Assembly: GCA_965249575.1 (NCBI GenBank)
Contig: OZ252244.1
Span: forward strand, 1,600,001 to 1,664,000
Direction of reading: 5' to 3'
Length of the DNA: 64,000 bases
From: Gemmatimonadales bacterium
Lineage (GTDB): Bacteria > Gemmatimonadota > Gemmatimonadetes > Gemmatimonadales > GWC2-71-9
Below the pieces are notes generated by a model. That model had not been told where the DNA came from, did no database searches, and was given only the letters and a program-made list of their open reading frames with translations. The position numbers and the translations under genes were made by a program. Of this stretch, positions 20,947 through 31,103 are shown one piece after another; the stretch's first letter is position 1, and each line of letters starts with the position of its first letter.

Positions 20947-21009
20947 CCGCGTGAGTTATCTTCACTCGCGGTTCATGTGACCTGGTCTTGCAAGCGAGGA
21001 GCACACAAC

Positions 21010-21684
21010 ATGATCACGCTCGTTCGGCCGCTCGTGGCGGAGTTTCTCGGGACGTTCGGCCTAGTGTTCATCGGTGCCGGGGCTGTCGTGGTAAACGCGG
21101 CAACCGGCGAGGCGCTGGGCCTCGTAGGCATAGCGCTGGCGCACGCCCTGGTCCTCTCGGTCATGGTCACGGCTTTCATGAACATCTCGGGCGCACACCT
21201 GAACCCGGCCGTCACGTTCGCGCTGTGGAGCGCGAGCAAGATCTCCGCGGGGAGGGCGGTCTGGTACGTCCTGGTCCAGCTTCTCGCCGGCGTGGTCGCC
21301 GCCCTGCTGGTCAAATCCCTGTATCCGGCGATGGCCGGTGAGGCCACGAGCTACGGGGTCCCTCGCATCGCCGGAGACATCACGATCATCGAGGCGATTG
21401 TCATCGAAGGCATCCTGACCCTGTTTCTCGTGAGCGCCGTGTTCGGGACCGCGGTCTCCTCTGAGGCGCCGAAGGTGGGTGGATTCGGAATAGGACTGGT
21501 TCTGCTCTTCGACATCCTCGCCGGCGGCCCCCTCACGGGCGCGGCGATGAATCCAGCGCGAGCCCTGGGGCCCGCGCTGGTGGCAAACGACTGGCACGGA
21601 CACATAGCGTACTGGCTCGGGCCGCTGTTGGGGGGTGTCGTCGCAGCGCTGCTTTGGTCGAAGATATTGTTGCCGCGGGATTGA
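21010..21684 (+). CDS. MIP/aquaporin channel
   Basis: SGAHLNPAVT and MNPARA (two NPA boxes). Confidence 0.95.
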   Translation: MITLVRPLVAEFLGTFGLVFIGAGAVVVNAATGEALGLVGIALAHALVLSVMVTAFMNISGAHLNPAVTFALWSASKISAGRAVWYVLVQLLAGVVAALLVKSLYPAMAGEATSYGVPRIAGDITIIEAIVIEGILTLFLVSAVFGTAVSSEAPKVGGFGIGLVLLFDILAGGPLTGAAMNPARALGPALVANDWHGHIAYWLGPLLGGVVAALLWSKILLPRD

Positions 21685-21697
21685 ACGGGGTTTCGGC

Positions 21698-22660
21698 CTA
21701 GGTGGCGACCTCCGGCGCGGCGTAGGTGACAATGATGTCCCCGCCGGCCCTCCGGATAGCGAGTAGCGCTTCGCGCATAGCCTGGACACCGTCGACCGCG
21801 CCCGCCTGAGCCGCGAACTTGATCATGCTGTACTCCCCACTCACCTGGTAGACTGCGAGCGGCCCCCCGAACCGCTCCTTCGCCCGCCGAACAATGTCGA
21901 GGCAAGGCATCCCGGGTTTCACCATGACCAGATCTGCGCCTTCTGCCAGGTCCTGAGCGATCTCCTTTAGCGCCTCGTCGGCATTCGCCGGGTCCATCTG
22001 GTACCCTCGCCGGTCACCAACCTGAGGCGCGCTGGCCGCGGCCTGGCGAAACGGGCCGTAAAACGACGAGGCGTATTTGGCCGCGTAGGACAGGATCGGT
22101 GTCTCTTTCCATCCCGCCGCGTCGAGCGCCGACCGGATTGCCCCCACGCGGCCGTCCATCATGTCGCTCGGGGCTACGATGTCCGCCCCCGCCGCCGCGT
22201 GAGAAACGGCAACCCTTCCCAGTATCGGGAGGGTAGCATCGTTATTCACCGTCCCGGCGTCCAGGACGCCGCAGTGGCCGTGAGACGTGTACTCACACAG
22301 GCACACGTCGGTCACGACGACCAGGTCGGGACGCTCGTCTTTCATCGCCCGCACGGCGCGTTGCACGACTCCCTCAACGTCGAATGCTCCGGTGCCTTCA
22401 TCGTCCTTTCGGTCTGGGATACCGAACAACAGCACACCCCCTAGTCCCAGATCGGCGGCGCGGTGGGCCAGCGCGGCACATTCTTCGAGGGGATGCTGGG
22501 ACACGCCGGGCATAGCCGCAATCGGAACAGCCGGGCCCTCAAGCTTGATGAAGAGCGGCCAAATCAACTGCGCCGGGTCGAGGTGTGCCTCCGCAACGAG
22601 GCGCCGCAGTGCGGCAGTCCGGCGGAGCCGGCGCATGCGGGTGATCGGAAAACCGCTCAC
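21698..22660 (-). CDS. hemB: Porphobilinogen synthase
   Basis: DVCLCEYTSHGHC, APSDMMDGR, SSFYGPFR, MVKPG, YQVSGEY. Confidence 0.97.
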   Translation of the reverse strand: MSGFPITRMRRLRRTAALRRLVAEAHLDPAQLIWPLFIKLEGPAVPIAAMPGVSQHPLEECAALAHRAADLGLGGVLLFGIPDRKDDEGTGAFDVEGVVQRAVRAMKDERPDLVVVTDVCLCEYTSHGHCGVLDAGTVNNDATLPILGRVAVSHAAAGADIVAPSDMMDGRVGAIRSALDAAGWKETPILSYAAKYASSFYGPFRQAAASAPQVGDRRGYQMDPANADEALKEIAQDLAEGADLVMVKPGMPCLDIVRRAKERFGGPLAVYQVSGEYSMIKFAAQAGAVDGVQAMREALLAIRRAGGDIIVTYAAPEVAT

Positions 22661-23592
22661 CAGCTCGATCCCCCTTCGAGCCCGGCCCCCTCGCCGGCCA
22701 TCAGCGCGCGGGCGCCGGCCTTCAACAGATCGCGCCCCGCCGACGCGCCGGACGCGCTCGGTTCGAGCAGGTTGACGCTGACGCGCGTGTCAACGTACCG
22801 CGAGCCATCCGGTGCGTACGCACGCACGTGTAGAACGGCGCCGTCGGGGGTAACCGTGCACAGGGCGCCGATTGACGAGCGGCAGCCACCTCCCAGCTCC
22901 GCCATCGCCGATCGCTCGGCTTCCGCAGACAAGCGGACCGCAGAATCATCCAACGGTCGAACGCTAGCAGCGGTTCGAGGATCGTCGCCTCGGATCTCGA
23001 CGGCGAGTGCACCCTGGCCAGGTGCTGGAACCACCAGCGAAGGATCGAGCGGCACCACACCGCCGGTGACACTCAGTCGCTTGAGGCCGGCGAGCGCCAG
23101 CACGGCCACATCAATCTCGCCGCGCCGTACTCGATCGACTCGCGTGGGCACGTTTCCCTGCAACTCGCTCAGATGAAGATCCGGACGGACCGATAGGATC
23201 GCGGCGCGGCGGCGAAGGCTCGACGTTCCGGTTCTAGCACCCTCGGGTACGTCGGCAAGGTCCCAACCCGCGCGGCTCACCAGCGCGTCTCGCGGATCTT
23301 CCCGCTCGGGAAAGGCAGCCAAGATCAGCCCCTCGGGTGACACGGCACCCAGATCCTTGAGCGAGTGCACCGCCGCGTCGATTCGCCCCTCCAGCAGCGC
23401 ATCCTGTAGCTCCTTGGTGAACAGATCCTTGACGGCAACGCCGCTTCTAGGGTGTGCCGACCCCTCGTCGCCGGACGAGCGCACAATCACGAGTTCGGTA
23501 CCGACGTTGCGCCGCTCGAGGAGCACCCGCACCCGATCCGCCTGCCAACGCGCCAGCGCGCTCCCTCTGCTTCCGATTCGCAGGGCTGTCAC
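22657..23592 (-). CDS. hemC: Hydroxymethylbilane synthase
   Basis: From GTG 23592: RIGSRGSALARWQ, VHSLKD, GTSSLRR, APGQGAL, GGGC. Confidence 0.95.
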   Translation of the reverse strand: MTALRIGSRGSALARWQADRVRVLLERRNVGTELVIVRSSGDEGSAHPRSGVAVKDLFTKELQDALLEGRIDAAVHSLKDLGAVSPEGLILAAFPEREDPRDALVSRAGWDLADVPEGARTGTSSLRRRAAILSVRPDLHLSELQGNVPTRVDRVRRGEIDVAVLALAGLKRLSVTGGVVPLDPSLVVPAPGQGALAVEIRGDDPRTAASVRPLDDSAVRLSAEAERSAMAELGGGCRSSIGALCTVTPDGAVLHVRAYAPDGSRYVDTRVSVNLLEPSASGASAGRDLLKAGARALMAGEGAGLEGGSSW

Positions 23593-23684
23593 GGGTGGAC
23601 CGGTCTCCGAGAGATGATCGGACTCAAACGCGGATCGGTGGTGGGAAATTGCAATATGCCGGACCGCACGGGCATTATCAAGCG

Positions 23685-24245
23685 ATGACGACCCGTCGTG
23701 CCGGCATCTGGAGGAGGTTTCGAAGGTTGGTCGCCAGGCGCGCGGCGCGGCGCGCGGCGCGACTCGAGCCTCAGCACGCCCCCTCGTCCGAACGATGGCT
23801 TCGCTTCGCCTGCAGGGTCGCCCCTGATTTCGATTCGGTCCACCGGGCGCTGTCGAAGGCCCGACGTCAAGCCGACGACCGACTCGGTGCTCTGGCCGTA
23901 GCGCAGTGGGTCGTGCGCCGGTTCGAGCGCTCCGGCGACGCGTGGCTACTCCTGGGCGAGGCGTATCTGGACGCGTTCCGACCTCGGGATGCACTTGTGG
24001 CGTTCGAGCGAGCTCTACAGATCGAGGAGCGGTCGGACGCCGCGATGGCAGCGGGAGTCCTCTACCGGCGGGAGGGAGATTTGGTAACCGCGGGCGCGCG
24101 TTTCGCGCGGGCGTACGCGGCTGGTGGAGGTCCCGATGCACTGCTTGCGAACGCCGAAGCCTTGCACGCAGCCGGAGACGTGGCGGCCGCTGCCGAGGCC
24201 CGGGCCTTGTGGGAGCGGGAGACTGGGCGCGCGTGGGAGGACTAG
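23685..24245 (+). CDS. TPR-repeat protein
   Basis: AWLLLGEAY...ALVAFERAL helical repeats. Confidence 0.7.
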   Translation: MTTRRAGIWRRFRRLVARRAARRAARLEPQHAPSSERWLRFACRVAPDFDSVHRALSKARRQADDRLGALAVAQWVVRRFERSGDAWLLLGEAYLDAFRPRDALVAFERALQIEERSDAAMAAGVLYRREGDLVTAGARFARAYAAGGGPDALLANAEALHAAGDVAAAAEARALWERETGRAWED

Positions 24246-24364
24246 TACTGGCGCGTACGTATCTTCCACCCGCGGTATACCAGTAACGCGGTGTATGCGA
24301 GAACGATTACGGCCGTTACCACGTACGCCGAGACCATGTACGCACCGTTGTCAGGATAACTCAT
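24242..24364 (-). CDS. ccmD: CcmD-like small membrane protein (40 aa, not in the ORF track)
   Basis: MSYPDNGAYMVSAYVVTAVIVLAYTALLVYRGWKIRTRQY; single TM with Y..AY motif and basic tail; overlaps the end of ccmC. Confidence 0.75.
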   Translation of the reverse strand: MSYPDNGAYMVSAYVVTAVIVLAYTALLVYRGWKIRTRQY

Positions 24365-25055
24365 TCGCTATCCTTTCCGTACGGTCTTCCTCCAGCAACG
24401 CGAGGCCGTAGCGCAGCGTCAACAGACCCGTGTAGAGCAGCGTGAAGGCTCCGAGTGAGACCACCAACGTCATCAGCATCTCTGCCGGCAAGGAAGGAGT
24501 GCTCGGCTTCAAAACAATGGGTTGTGGATGCAGCGTCCGAAAGAGTTGCACGGAGAGGTGGATGAATACCACGAGCACCAGGCCGAGCGCTCCGATGACC
24601 GCTGAAAAGCGTGCACGCATTTCATGGTCCGTTATGGCTCCTCGCATCACCAAGTAGCCCGCAAAGAGCAGCGCGATGAAGAGGGTCGAGGTGAGCCGCG
24701 CATCCCAGGTCCACCAAGTACCCCAGATCGGCTTCCCCCAGATAGGTCCGGTCGTGAGCATGACCATCGAAAACGTGACGCCGACTTCCGCCGACGACGC
24801 GGCCACCAGGTCCACTCGCCGGTCCTTCAGCCATAGGTAGAGAAGGCCGAGGATACCAGTGACGACGAACGCGAGGAGTGTACTCCAGGCCGAGGGGACG
24901 TGCAGATAGAAGATCTTCTGCGCGGGGCCCTGCGTTGCCTCGATGGGAGTGAACCAGATCGCCCGAACGTACGAGATCCCGAGCGCGGCAACCCCGAGGG
25001 CCGTGATGATGTTGCCGCGGCTCACCAGCCTGAGTCCGTTTTCGCGCAGCGTCAT
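24351..25055 (-). CDS. ccmC: Heme exporter / cytochrome c maturation protein CcmC
   Basis: YLHVP, TGPIWGKPIWGTWWTWDARLT (WWD domain), SV..FRTLHP. Confidence 0.95.
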   Translation of the reverse strand: MTLRENGLRLVSRGNIITALGVAALGISYVRAIWFTPIEATQGPAQKIFYLHVPSAWSTLLAFVVTGILGLLYLWLKDRRVDLVAASSAEVGVTFSMVMLTTGPIWGKPIWGTWWTWDARLTSTLFIALLFAGYLVMRGAITDHEMRARFSAVIGALGLVLVVFIHLSVQLFRTLHPQPIVLKPSTPSLPAEMLMTLVVSLGAFTLLYTGLLTLRYGLALLEEDRTERIANELS

Positions 25056-25732
25056 TCTTCGAGGGTCGCGGGGAAGAGTAGGACGGAGAGGGCGAAGAAC
25101 ACGATGTCAAACGCAGCGAGCAACTTAAGCCACCCGACCGAATCGCTCAAGGGTCGCTCCGCGAGAATGCGGGCCGTCACCTGTACCCCGCCTATGAGAG
25201 GCGGCACCAGGAAGGGTAGCATCAGGACGGGGAGCATCAGCTCGGCGAATCGGGTGCGAACGGTCATGGAACTGAGAAGGGTGCCGACCGGAACGAAGGC
25301 GAGAGTCGCCATCAACACGACGAGCCCCAGCTCCGGAAGCCGCGACCAAAGGGGGACATCGTAGAAGAGGATAAACAGGGGAATGGTCACCAACTCGACG
25401 ATTCCGACGAATACGAGGTTCGCTAGGGCCTTTCCGATGAAAATGGAAGAACGCGGTGCCGGGCTCATGAGTATCGCGTCAAGCGAGCAATTCTCCCGCT
25501 CGAGCAGGAAACCGCGATTGAATCCGATCATCGCCGCGAACGTGAAGGTCACCCATAGGGCGCCTGGCGCGACCTCAAAGGCTGACACCCCAGTCGGGTC
25601 GCGCGCGAAGAAGAGGATCGCCAAGACCAGGACCGCGAACACGACCGCAGAGGCAAACGCCGTCCGGGTGCGCCACTCCACCGCGAGGTCTTTTCGGGCC
25701 ACCGCAAACACCGCACGGGCCGCGTCACCCAT
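25052..25732 (-). CDS. ccmB: Heme exporter protein CcmB
   Basis: KDL.VEWR, PGALW, F..E.E...LD, LPVL.LP. Confidence 0.9.
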   Translation of the reverse strand: MGDAARAVFAVARKDLAVEWRTRTAFASAVVFAVLVLAILFFARDPTGVSAFEVAPGALWVTFTFAAMIGFNRGFLLERENCSLDAILMSPAPRSSIFIGKALANLVFVGIVELVTIPLFILFYDVPLWSRLPELGLVVLMATLAFVPVGTLLSSMTVRTRFAELMLPVLMLPFLVPPLIGGVQVTARILAERPLSDSVGWLKLLAAFDIVFFALSVLLFPATLEE

Positions 25733-26405
25733 CGGGAATCAATTCGCGGTATCGCGCGGCCACCGCCGCCGCGTCGCGACCCGAGCGTGCTTCCAGGGAG
25801 AGCACCCGGCCGAAGGCGAGGAACCCGATGGAAGCCGCCAAGTCCACGACGTCTGTGAAGTGGTGGGTGACAATCACCATAGTCCGGCCGTGGTCGCGAT
25901 AGGAGCGGAACACGTCCAGCACGATGGCCGATGTGGCCTCATCCAGATTGCTCAGCGGCTCATCCAGTAAGAGGATGTCGGGATCGAACACAAGCGCCCG
26001 TGCAAGCGCGAGCCGCTGAATCATCCCGCGGCTGAACCCAGCGATGGGCTCGTCCGCGCGGCCGTGTAACCCCAGCCGTTCCAGCAACTCGTCGCCAGGT
26101 TTGGGTTGCCGCAAACCGTGTAGCCGTGCGAAAAACGTGAGGTTTTCCCGGGCAGACAGCGCGTCGTACAACATGGAACGATGCGCGACCATCCCCACCG
26201 AGCCGTGACGTTCTATCGAGCCGGTGGACGGCCTCAAGAGCCCCGCGAAGAGGCGCAGAAGGGTGGTCTTCCCGGCGCCGTTGGGGCCGACGAGGACTAC
26301 AACTTGGCCTTTGGCGATCTCGAGCGTCACGTCACGGAGCACGTGCCGGTACGCAAACCGGCGCGAAACGCCGCGTGCCGCTAGCGCCGGGTCAACCGGC
26401 GGCAT
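25725..26405 (-). CDS. ccmA: Heme ABC exporter ATPase CcmA
   Basis: GPNGAGKT, FSRGM, LLLDEP; adjacent to ccmBC. Confidence 0.9.
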   Translation of the reverse strand: MPPVDPALAARGVSRRFAYRHVLRDVTLEIAKGQVVVLVGPNGAGKTTLLRLFAGLLRPSTGSIERHGSVGMVAHRSMLYDALSARENLTFFARLHGLRQPKPGDELLERLGLHGRADEPIAGFSRGMIQRLALARALVFDPDILLLDEPLSNLDEATSAIVLDVFRSYRDHGRTMVIVTHHFTDVVDLAASIGFLAFGRVLSLEARSGRDAAAVAARYRELIPDG

Positions 26406-26776
26406 CTATGCGCGCGCTGAGCTCGTCGAGATCGAACGGCTTCACCAGGTAGCCGCTGTGCCCGATGCCGAGCATCTCGACCATCGGCTCCATGCTGACA
26501 TATGAGGTCGTGATGATCACAGAGAGGTCCGCACGGTGTGCCCGCATTCGCCTCAGCAGCTCGATACCGTCCGTGTCTGGGAGACGCATGTCCATTACGA
26601 CGACGTCGGGAACGAACCCCTGCAGTTCATCCATTGCCTGGACACCCGTCCCCGCAAAGGCCATCTCAATACCGGGAGGCGAAAAAGCGCTCGTAGGCCT
26701 TCCGCAACCCGGCTTCGTCTTCCACGAATAACACGCGGCGACCGGGGGATTCGCCGGAGTGCGTCTTACTGCTCAT
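26392..26776 (-). pseudogene. Single-domain response regulator with a +1 frameshift near 26669
   Basis: MSSKTHSGESPGRRVLFVEDEAGLRKAYERFFASRY, then after one extra T: EMAFAGTG...VMDMRLPDTDG...YLVKPF. Confidence 0.8.
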
Positions 26777-26810
26777 GGTTTGCAATATACTGCGCGCCGC
26801 CTGCGTGGAG

Positions 26811-27095
26811 TCATCTCAGTGCAACGACAAGCTCAAAGATGACCAGGCGTGTGGGACGAACGTGCCGCGAGCGTCGAGCGACGCGGCGCTTTGGCTTCGT
26901 CACGTGCGCCGCCTGCAACCCCTTCGGACCCTCGCGCACCGCGAACTCTCATTGGTCCGTTTTCTTGCAGTGACCGGAACCCAACCCCCTGGAACACCAT
27001 GTGGCGTACGAACACATCCGACTCGCCATCCTCCTCATGAAGCCGGACGCCCGGGCGCCGTTGAACCACTTGACCGTGCCCGTGATGCGGGACAT
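26811..27095 (-). pseudogene. Degenerate cold-shock protein gene split over three frames
   Basis: MSRITGTVKWFNGARASGF / EEDGESDVFVRHMVFQGVGFRSLQE / EFAVREGPKGLQAAHVTK. Confidence 0.85.
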
Positions 27096-27253
27096 ACGTT
27101 ACTCGCTCCGCAGCCGTCGCAATGGGTGCTCTCATGTCGCTGGAATCTGCGGGGAGCTTCCGGTGAGGGTGCCCCAAAAGCGCGGTGAGTATAGATGTCG
27201 CACCTCGTAACGTCAACACAGACAGTGCTTTCCAGAGTACCTGGGGGATTTCG

Positions 27254-29215
27254 ATGACGGACCGGATCGACACGCTGCTCAAGGAGCAGCGATCGTTCTC
27301 GCCACCGGCCGACTTCAAGCGCGCCGCCCATCTTCGCAGCAACAGCGTATATCGGGAAGCGAAGCAGCACCGGCTCCGCTTCTGGGCGGCCCGCGCGCGC
27401 GAACTCCAGTGGATCAAGCCGTGGAAAAAGGTGCTCGATTGGAAGCCGCCGCACGCCAAGTGGTTCGTCGGAGGAAAAATCAATGCCTCGGTGAACTGCC
27501 TCGACCGTCACATCGGAACCGCGACACGAAACAAGGTCGCGTTGCTCTGGGAGGGCGAGCCGGGGGATCGACGCGTCATGACGTACTGGGAGCTGTATCG
27601 AGAAGTGAACCGCTTCGCCAGCGCGCTGCGAGATTTGGGTGTCTCAAAGGGTGACCGCGTAGCCATTTATCTCCCGATGGTCCCGGAGGCCGTGGTCGCC
27701 ATGCTGGCGTGCGCCCGCATCGGCGCCCCCCACAGCGTCGTCTTCGGCGGATTCTCCTCGGAGTCCTTGCGGGACCGAATCAACGACGCCGAGGCAAAAG
27801 CGCTCATCACGGCCGACGTCGGCTATCGCCGCGGCCAGCTCCTACCCCTCAAGCAGGGCGCTGACCGGGCAGTCGCTGAATGCCCATCGATAGAGCACGT
27901 CGTCGTGGTGCAGCGGGAGCACGGGGTCGAGCGGGACAGCTCGCTCGTGCACATGGAGCAGGGGCGGGACCACTGGTACCACGAGCTGCTCGAGAACGCA
28001 TCCGCTCACTGTAAGCCGGCGACCATGGATGCGGAGGACACGCTCTTCATCCTGTATACGTCGGGAACGACCGGGAAGCCTAAGGGAATCGTGCATACGA
28101 CAGGCGGGTACCTGACCCAGGCCGCGGTGACGACGCGATGGGTATTTGATCTCAAGGACCAAGACGTCTTCTGGTGCACCGCCGATATCGGTTGGGTCAC
28201 CGGCCACACGTATGTCGTCTACGGTCCACTCGCGATCGGGGCGACGGTAGTGGTCTATGAAGGCGCGCCAGACTGGCCGGACAAGGACCGTCTGTGGGAT
28301 ATCGTCGAGCGCTATGGGGTGACGGTGTTCTACACCGCCCCCACCGCAATCCGCGCGTTCATGAAATGGGGCCCCGAGTTTCCATCGCGGCACGATCTCT
28401 CCACGCTGCGCCTCCTCGGGACGGTCGGCGAGCCCATCAACCCCGAGGCGTGGATATGGTACCACCATCACATCGGCGGCAAGCGGTGCCCCATCGTGGA
28501 CACGTGGTGGCAGACGGAAACCGGCGGCATCATGATCACGCCGCTGCCGGGCGTGACGAGGACGAAACCGGGCTCGGCAACGAACCCGTTTCCCGGCATT
28601 GAAGCCGCTCTCCTCGATGGATCCGGCGAGCCCATCAAAGTGGGCGGGGGATTTCTCGCCATCACGGCTCCATGGCCCGGCATGCTCCGCACCATCTACG
28701 GTGATGACAAGCGGTACCGGGACACGTATTGGAGCAAGTGGCCGAACGTCTACTTTACCGGAGACGGCGCGAAGCGGGACAAGGATGGATACTTCTGGAT
28801 ACTCGGCCGAGTGGACGACGTGCTGAACGTCGCGGGCCATCGAATCGGGACCATGGAGGTGGAAAGCGCGCTGGTTGATCACCCCGCCATCGCGGAGGCC
28901 GCCGTGGTGGGCAAGCCGCACGAGTTGAAGGGCCAGGCCCTCGCGGCCTTCGTCATCCTTCGTTCCGGCTACGAACGAACCGATAATCTCGAGGGCGAAC
29001 TCAAGAAACACGTCGCACAGAAGATTGGCGCGATCGCCAAACCGGACGACATCGTCGTGGCGGCCGATCTCCCAAAAACACGGAGTGGTAAGATCATGCG
29101 GCGGCTGCTGAAGGACATCGCGGCGGGACACACGCTCGGTGACGTCACGACGCTGGCCGACCCCACGGTGGTAGCGGCGCTACGGGACAAATACGAGGAA
29201 GAGCACGAGGCGTAG
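27254..29215 (+). CDS. acs: Acetyl-CoA synthetase
   Basis: [31 protein letters not shown]. Confidence 0.97.
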   Translation: MTDRIDTLLKEQRSFSPPADFKRAAHLRSNSVYREAKQHRLRFWAARARELQWIKPWKKVLDWKPPHAKWFVGGKINASVNCLDRHIGTATRNKVALLWEGEPGDRRVMTYWELYREVNRFASALRDLGVSKGDRVAIYLPMVPEAVVAMLACARIGAPHSVVFGGFSSESLRDRINDAEAKALITADVGYRRGQLLPLKQGADRAVAECPSIEHVVVVQREHGVERDSSLVHMEQGRDHWYHELLENASAHCKPATMDAEDTLFILYTSGTTGKPKGIVHTTGGYLTQAAVTTRWVFDLKDQDVFWCTADIGWVTGHTYVVYGPLAIGATVVVYEGAPDWPDKDRLWDIVERYGVTVFYTAPTAIRAFMKWGPEFPSRHDLSTLRLLGTVGEPINPEAWIWYHHHIGGKRCPIVDTWWQTETGGIMITPLPGVTRTKPGSATNPFPGIEAALLDGSGEPIKVGGGFLAITAPWPGMLRTIYGDDKRYRDTYWSKWPNVYFTGDGAKRDKDGYFWILGRVDDVLNVAGHRIGTMEVESALVDHPAIAEAAVVGKPHELKGQALAAFVILRSGYERTDNLEGELKKHVAQKIGAIAKPDDIVVAADLPKTRSGKIMRRLLKDIAAGHTLGDVTTLADPTVVAALRDKYEEEHEA

Positions 29216-29216
29216 G

Positions 29217-29636
29217 TCAGTCGGACGCTTTGAGCCCTGCAGCAGCCACCATGAAAATCGACCCGATGACCGCCGCTGACGCGACACAGTAGCGGCACCA
29301 CGCCTCGATCACCATCGCTTCGAGGTACGTCAAGTAGACGGTAAATGTCACACCGACACCCGCCAGAACCAGGAGGAGCACAGTCGGCCAGCGTCGGACG
29401 GCCCACCGGGGCTGGAGCCCCGCGACGCTCACACCCAGCAAAACCAGGTACCCGCCAACCCCGATGAGCGCGACGGGTATTCCGAGAAACTCCGCGTAGG
29501 GACTGGTCTGAACGGCCTCGCAACCGCCGGCGCCGCAGGAAAGGTCTCCCACCAGTCCGATCTTCCAGAACCAGAGGTAAAGCGCTACGAAGAACCCGAC
29601 GAGGGCCAGCGCAGCGATTACCATCCGGTGCGTCAC
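29217..29636 (-). CDS. Vitamin K epoxide reductase (VKOR) family protein
   Basis: C.AGGC..V.TS, WCRYC; GTGA overlap with the dsbA-like gene. Confidence 0.9.
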   Translation of the reverse strand: MTHRMVIAALALVGFFVALYLWFWKIGLVGDLSCGAGGCEAVQTSPYAEFLGIPVALIGVGGYLVLLGVSVAGLQPRWAVRRWPTVLLLVLAGVGVTFTVYLTYLEAMVIEAWCRYCVASAAVIGSIFMVAAAGLKASD

Positions 29637-30316
29637 GAAGTGGAGCGCTCGGCCACGCTGTCGATGATGGCCTTCAGGCGATCGTAGGCAACGCGACCCG
29701 ACACCCTCACACCCCCAACGACCAGGGTGGGGGTGGAGGTCACCCCGTCGTTGGTCGCTTGTTGCGCCGTTGCCGCGATTCGGGCTTGGAACCGATTCGA
29801 GTCCATGCACTCTTCGTAGCGGTCGATATCCAACCCGACCGTGCGGGCATAGTTTCGGAACTTGCGCGCGACACCCCGACCCGTGGACCAATCGGGCTGG
29901 AAATGATACAGCTGGTCGTGCATGCCCCAGAACCGATCCTGTTCCCCGGCGCACGCGGCTGCATGATGGGCCAGCGGGGCGCGATCATGCCCGGAGAGGG
30001 GACGGTCGCGAAAACGCCACTTGACCCTTCCGGTCTTTATCAGCCGCTCGTAGACATCCGGAAAGGTGAGAATCGTGAAGACGCGACAGGCCGGACACTG
30101 GAAATCCGCGTACTCGATTACCTCGACGGGCGCAGAATCACTGCCAACGACGTATCCCGGCAACACCTCCGCACCAACCGGGCTGCCCGGCGGCATCGCC
30201 GTCGTGACCGTGACGCCATCATCCCCCCGGGCCGCCCACCAAATGATCCCAGCCCCCACGAGCGCGAGCGCGCCCAGACCATAATAGAACCGCTTGATTG
30301 CTACCGGCCCCGCCAT
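29633..30316 (-). CDS. Membrane-anchored DsbA-family oxidoreductase
   Basis: EYADFQCPAC, GV.STPT, N-terminal TM segment. Confidence 0.9.
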   Translation of the reverse strand: MAGPVAIKRFYYGLGALALVGAGIIWWAARGDDGVTVTTAMPPGSPVGAEVLPGYVVGSDSAPVEVIEYADFQCPACRVFTILTFPDVYERLIKTGRVKWRFRDRPLSGHDRAPLAHHAAACAGEQDRFWGMHDQLYHFQPDWSTGRGVARKFRNYARTVGLDIDRYEECMDSNRFQARIAATAQQATNDGVTSTPTLVVGGVRVSGRVAYDRLKAIIDSVAERSTS

Positions 30317-30603
30317 GGAGCATCCTCCTCGGAGTCAAAGTCGTCTCCCTCACCGACGTGCCGGGAGCGTTGGGCCGCTTCCCGGACGATGCGCCGGCTC
30401 TCGGCCACCTCCGGTGAGTCGTAGGTTGTCCGCACCTCGTAATGGAATAACTCGCTCCGCGCGTCACCCATCAACTTCAGCAGCCCGGGACCCGCGGCGA
30501 GAAGCTCCCGATCGCTTTCAATGGCATTGATGTGAGCGGCCAACCCACGCAGCAGCTCAACCAACCGCTGCGCGCGCTGCGCATCGTAGACTTGATCGTA
30601 CAT
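30301..30603 (-). CDS. Hypothetical protein (100 aa)
   Basis: GGAGG RBS before the ATG; helical with an acidic tail; overlaps the dsbA start. Confidence 0.7.
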   Translation of the reverse strand: MYDQVYDAQRAQRLVELLRGLAAHINAIESDRELLAAGPGLLKLMGDARSELFHYEVRTTYDSPEVAESRRIVREAAQRSRHVGEGDDFDSEEDAPWRGR

Positions 30604-30748
30604 GACGCCTCCAGGTGAGTCTCTAGAGAAGATACACTTGTTCGAAACGGGCGTTTCGGGCAGAAGCTACCCCGTTTGCATGGCCCTGGACGCCCCGTTA
30701 GATTGCCTGCTCGCTCCTCCCCCTTCAGCCCGATTTGAGGTCCCCGGC

Positions 30749-31021
30749 ATGACCGACAAGAGACCCCCCCAGCAAGCAGGCTCCGCTCCAAACCTATTCG
30801 ACCAAGCTCGTGATGAACTATTCAGCCATATCTTGCGCTGCGGGGTTCTTGAAGCATCAGTCGAGCATCAAAAGGAGTGGTTCGACGACACGATGGACTA
30901 CCTGGCCGAACGCTACGACCGGCTGAGCGACGAAGATTTGGTCGGCTTGCGAAGGCTGGGCGAGCAGTACTGCCGACCGATCATCCAGCGGGATGACGCG
31001 GTCGCTTCTGTATCCGGCTGA
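30749..31021 (+). CDS. Hypothetical protein (90 aa)
   Basis: GAGG RBS; NLFDQARDELFSHILRCGVLEA...WFDDTMDYL; protein-like composition. Confidence 0.7.
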   Translation: MTDKRPPQQAGSAPNLFDQARDELFSHILRCGVLEASVEHQKEWFDDTMDYLAERYDRLSDEDLVGLRRLGEQYCRPIIQRDDAVASVSG

Positions 31022-31103
31022 CAAAAATTACTCCCTCTAACGGCCCTGAGATGCACCCGCCTGGGGGGCATGCGGGACTGACGCCTGTTGTGGGCGCACC
31101 CCG

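Noticed and set aside
23593..24141. 183-aa N-terminal extension of HemC
   Set aside because: It is antisense to the TPR gene; HemC homology starts at GTG 23592.
27842..29131. 429-aa antisense ORF
   Set aside because: Mirror frame of acs.
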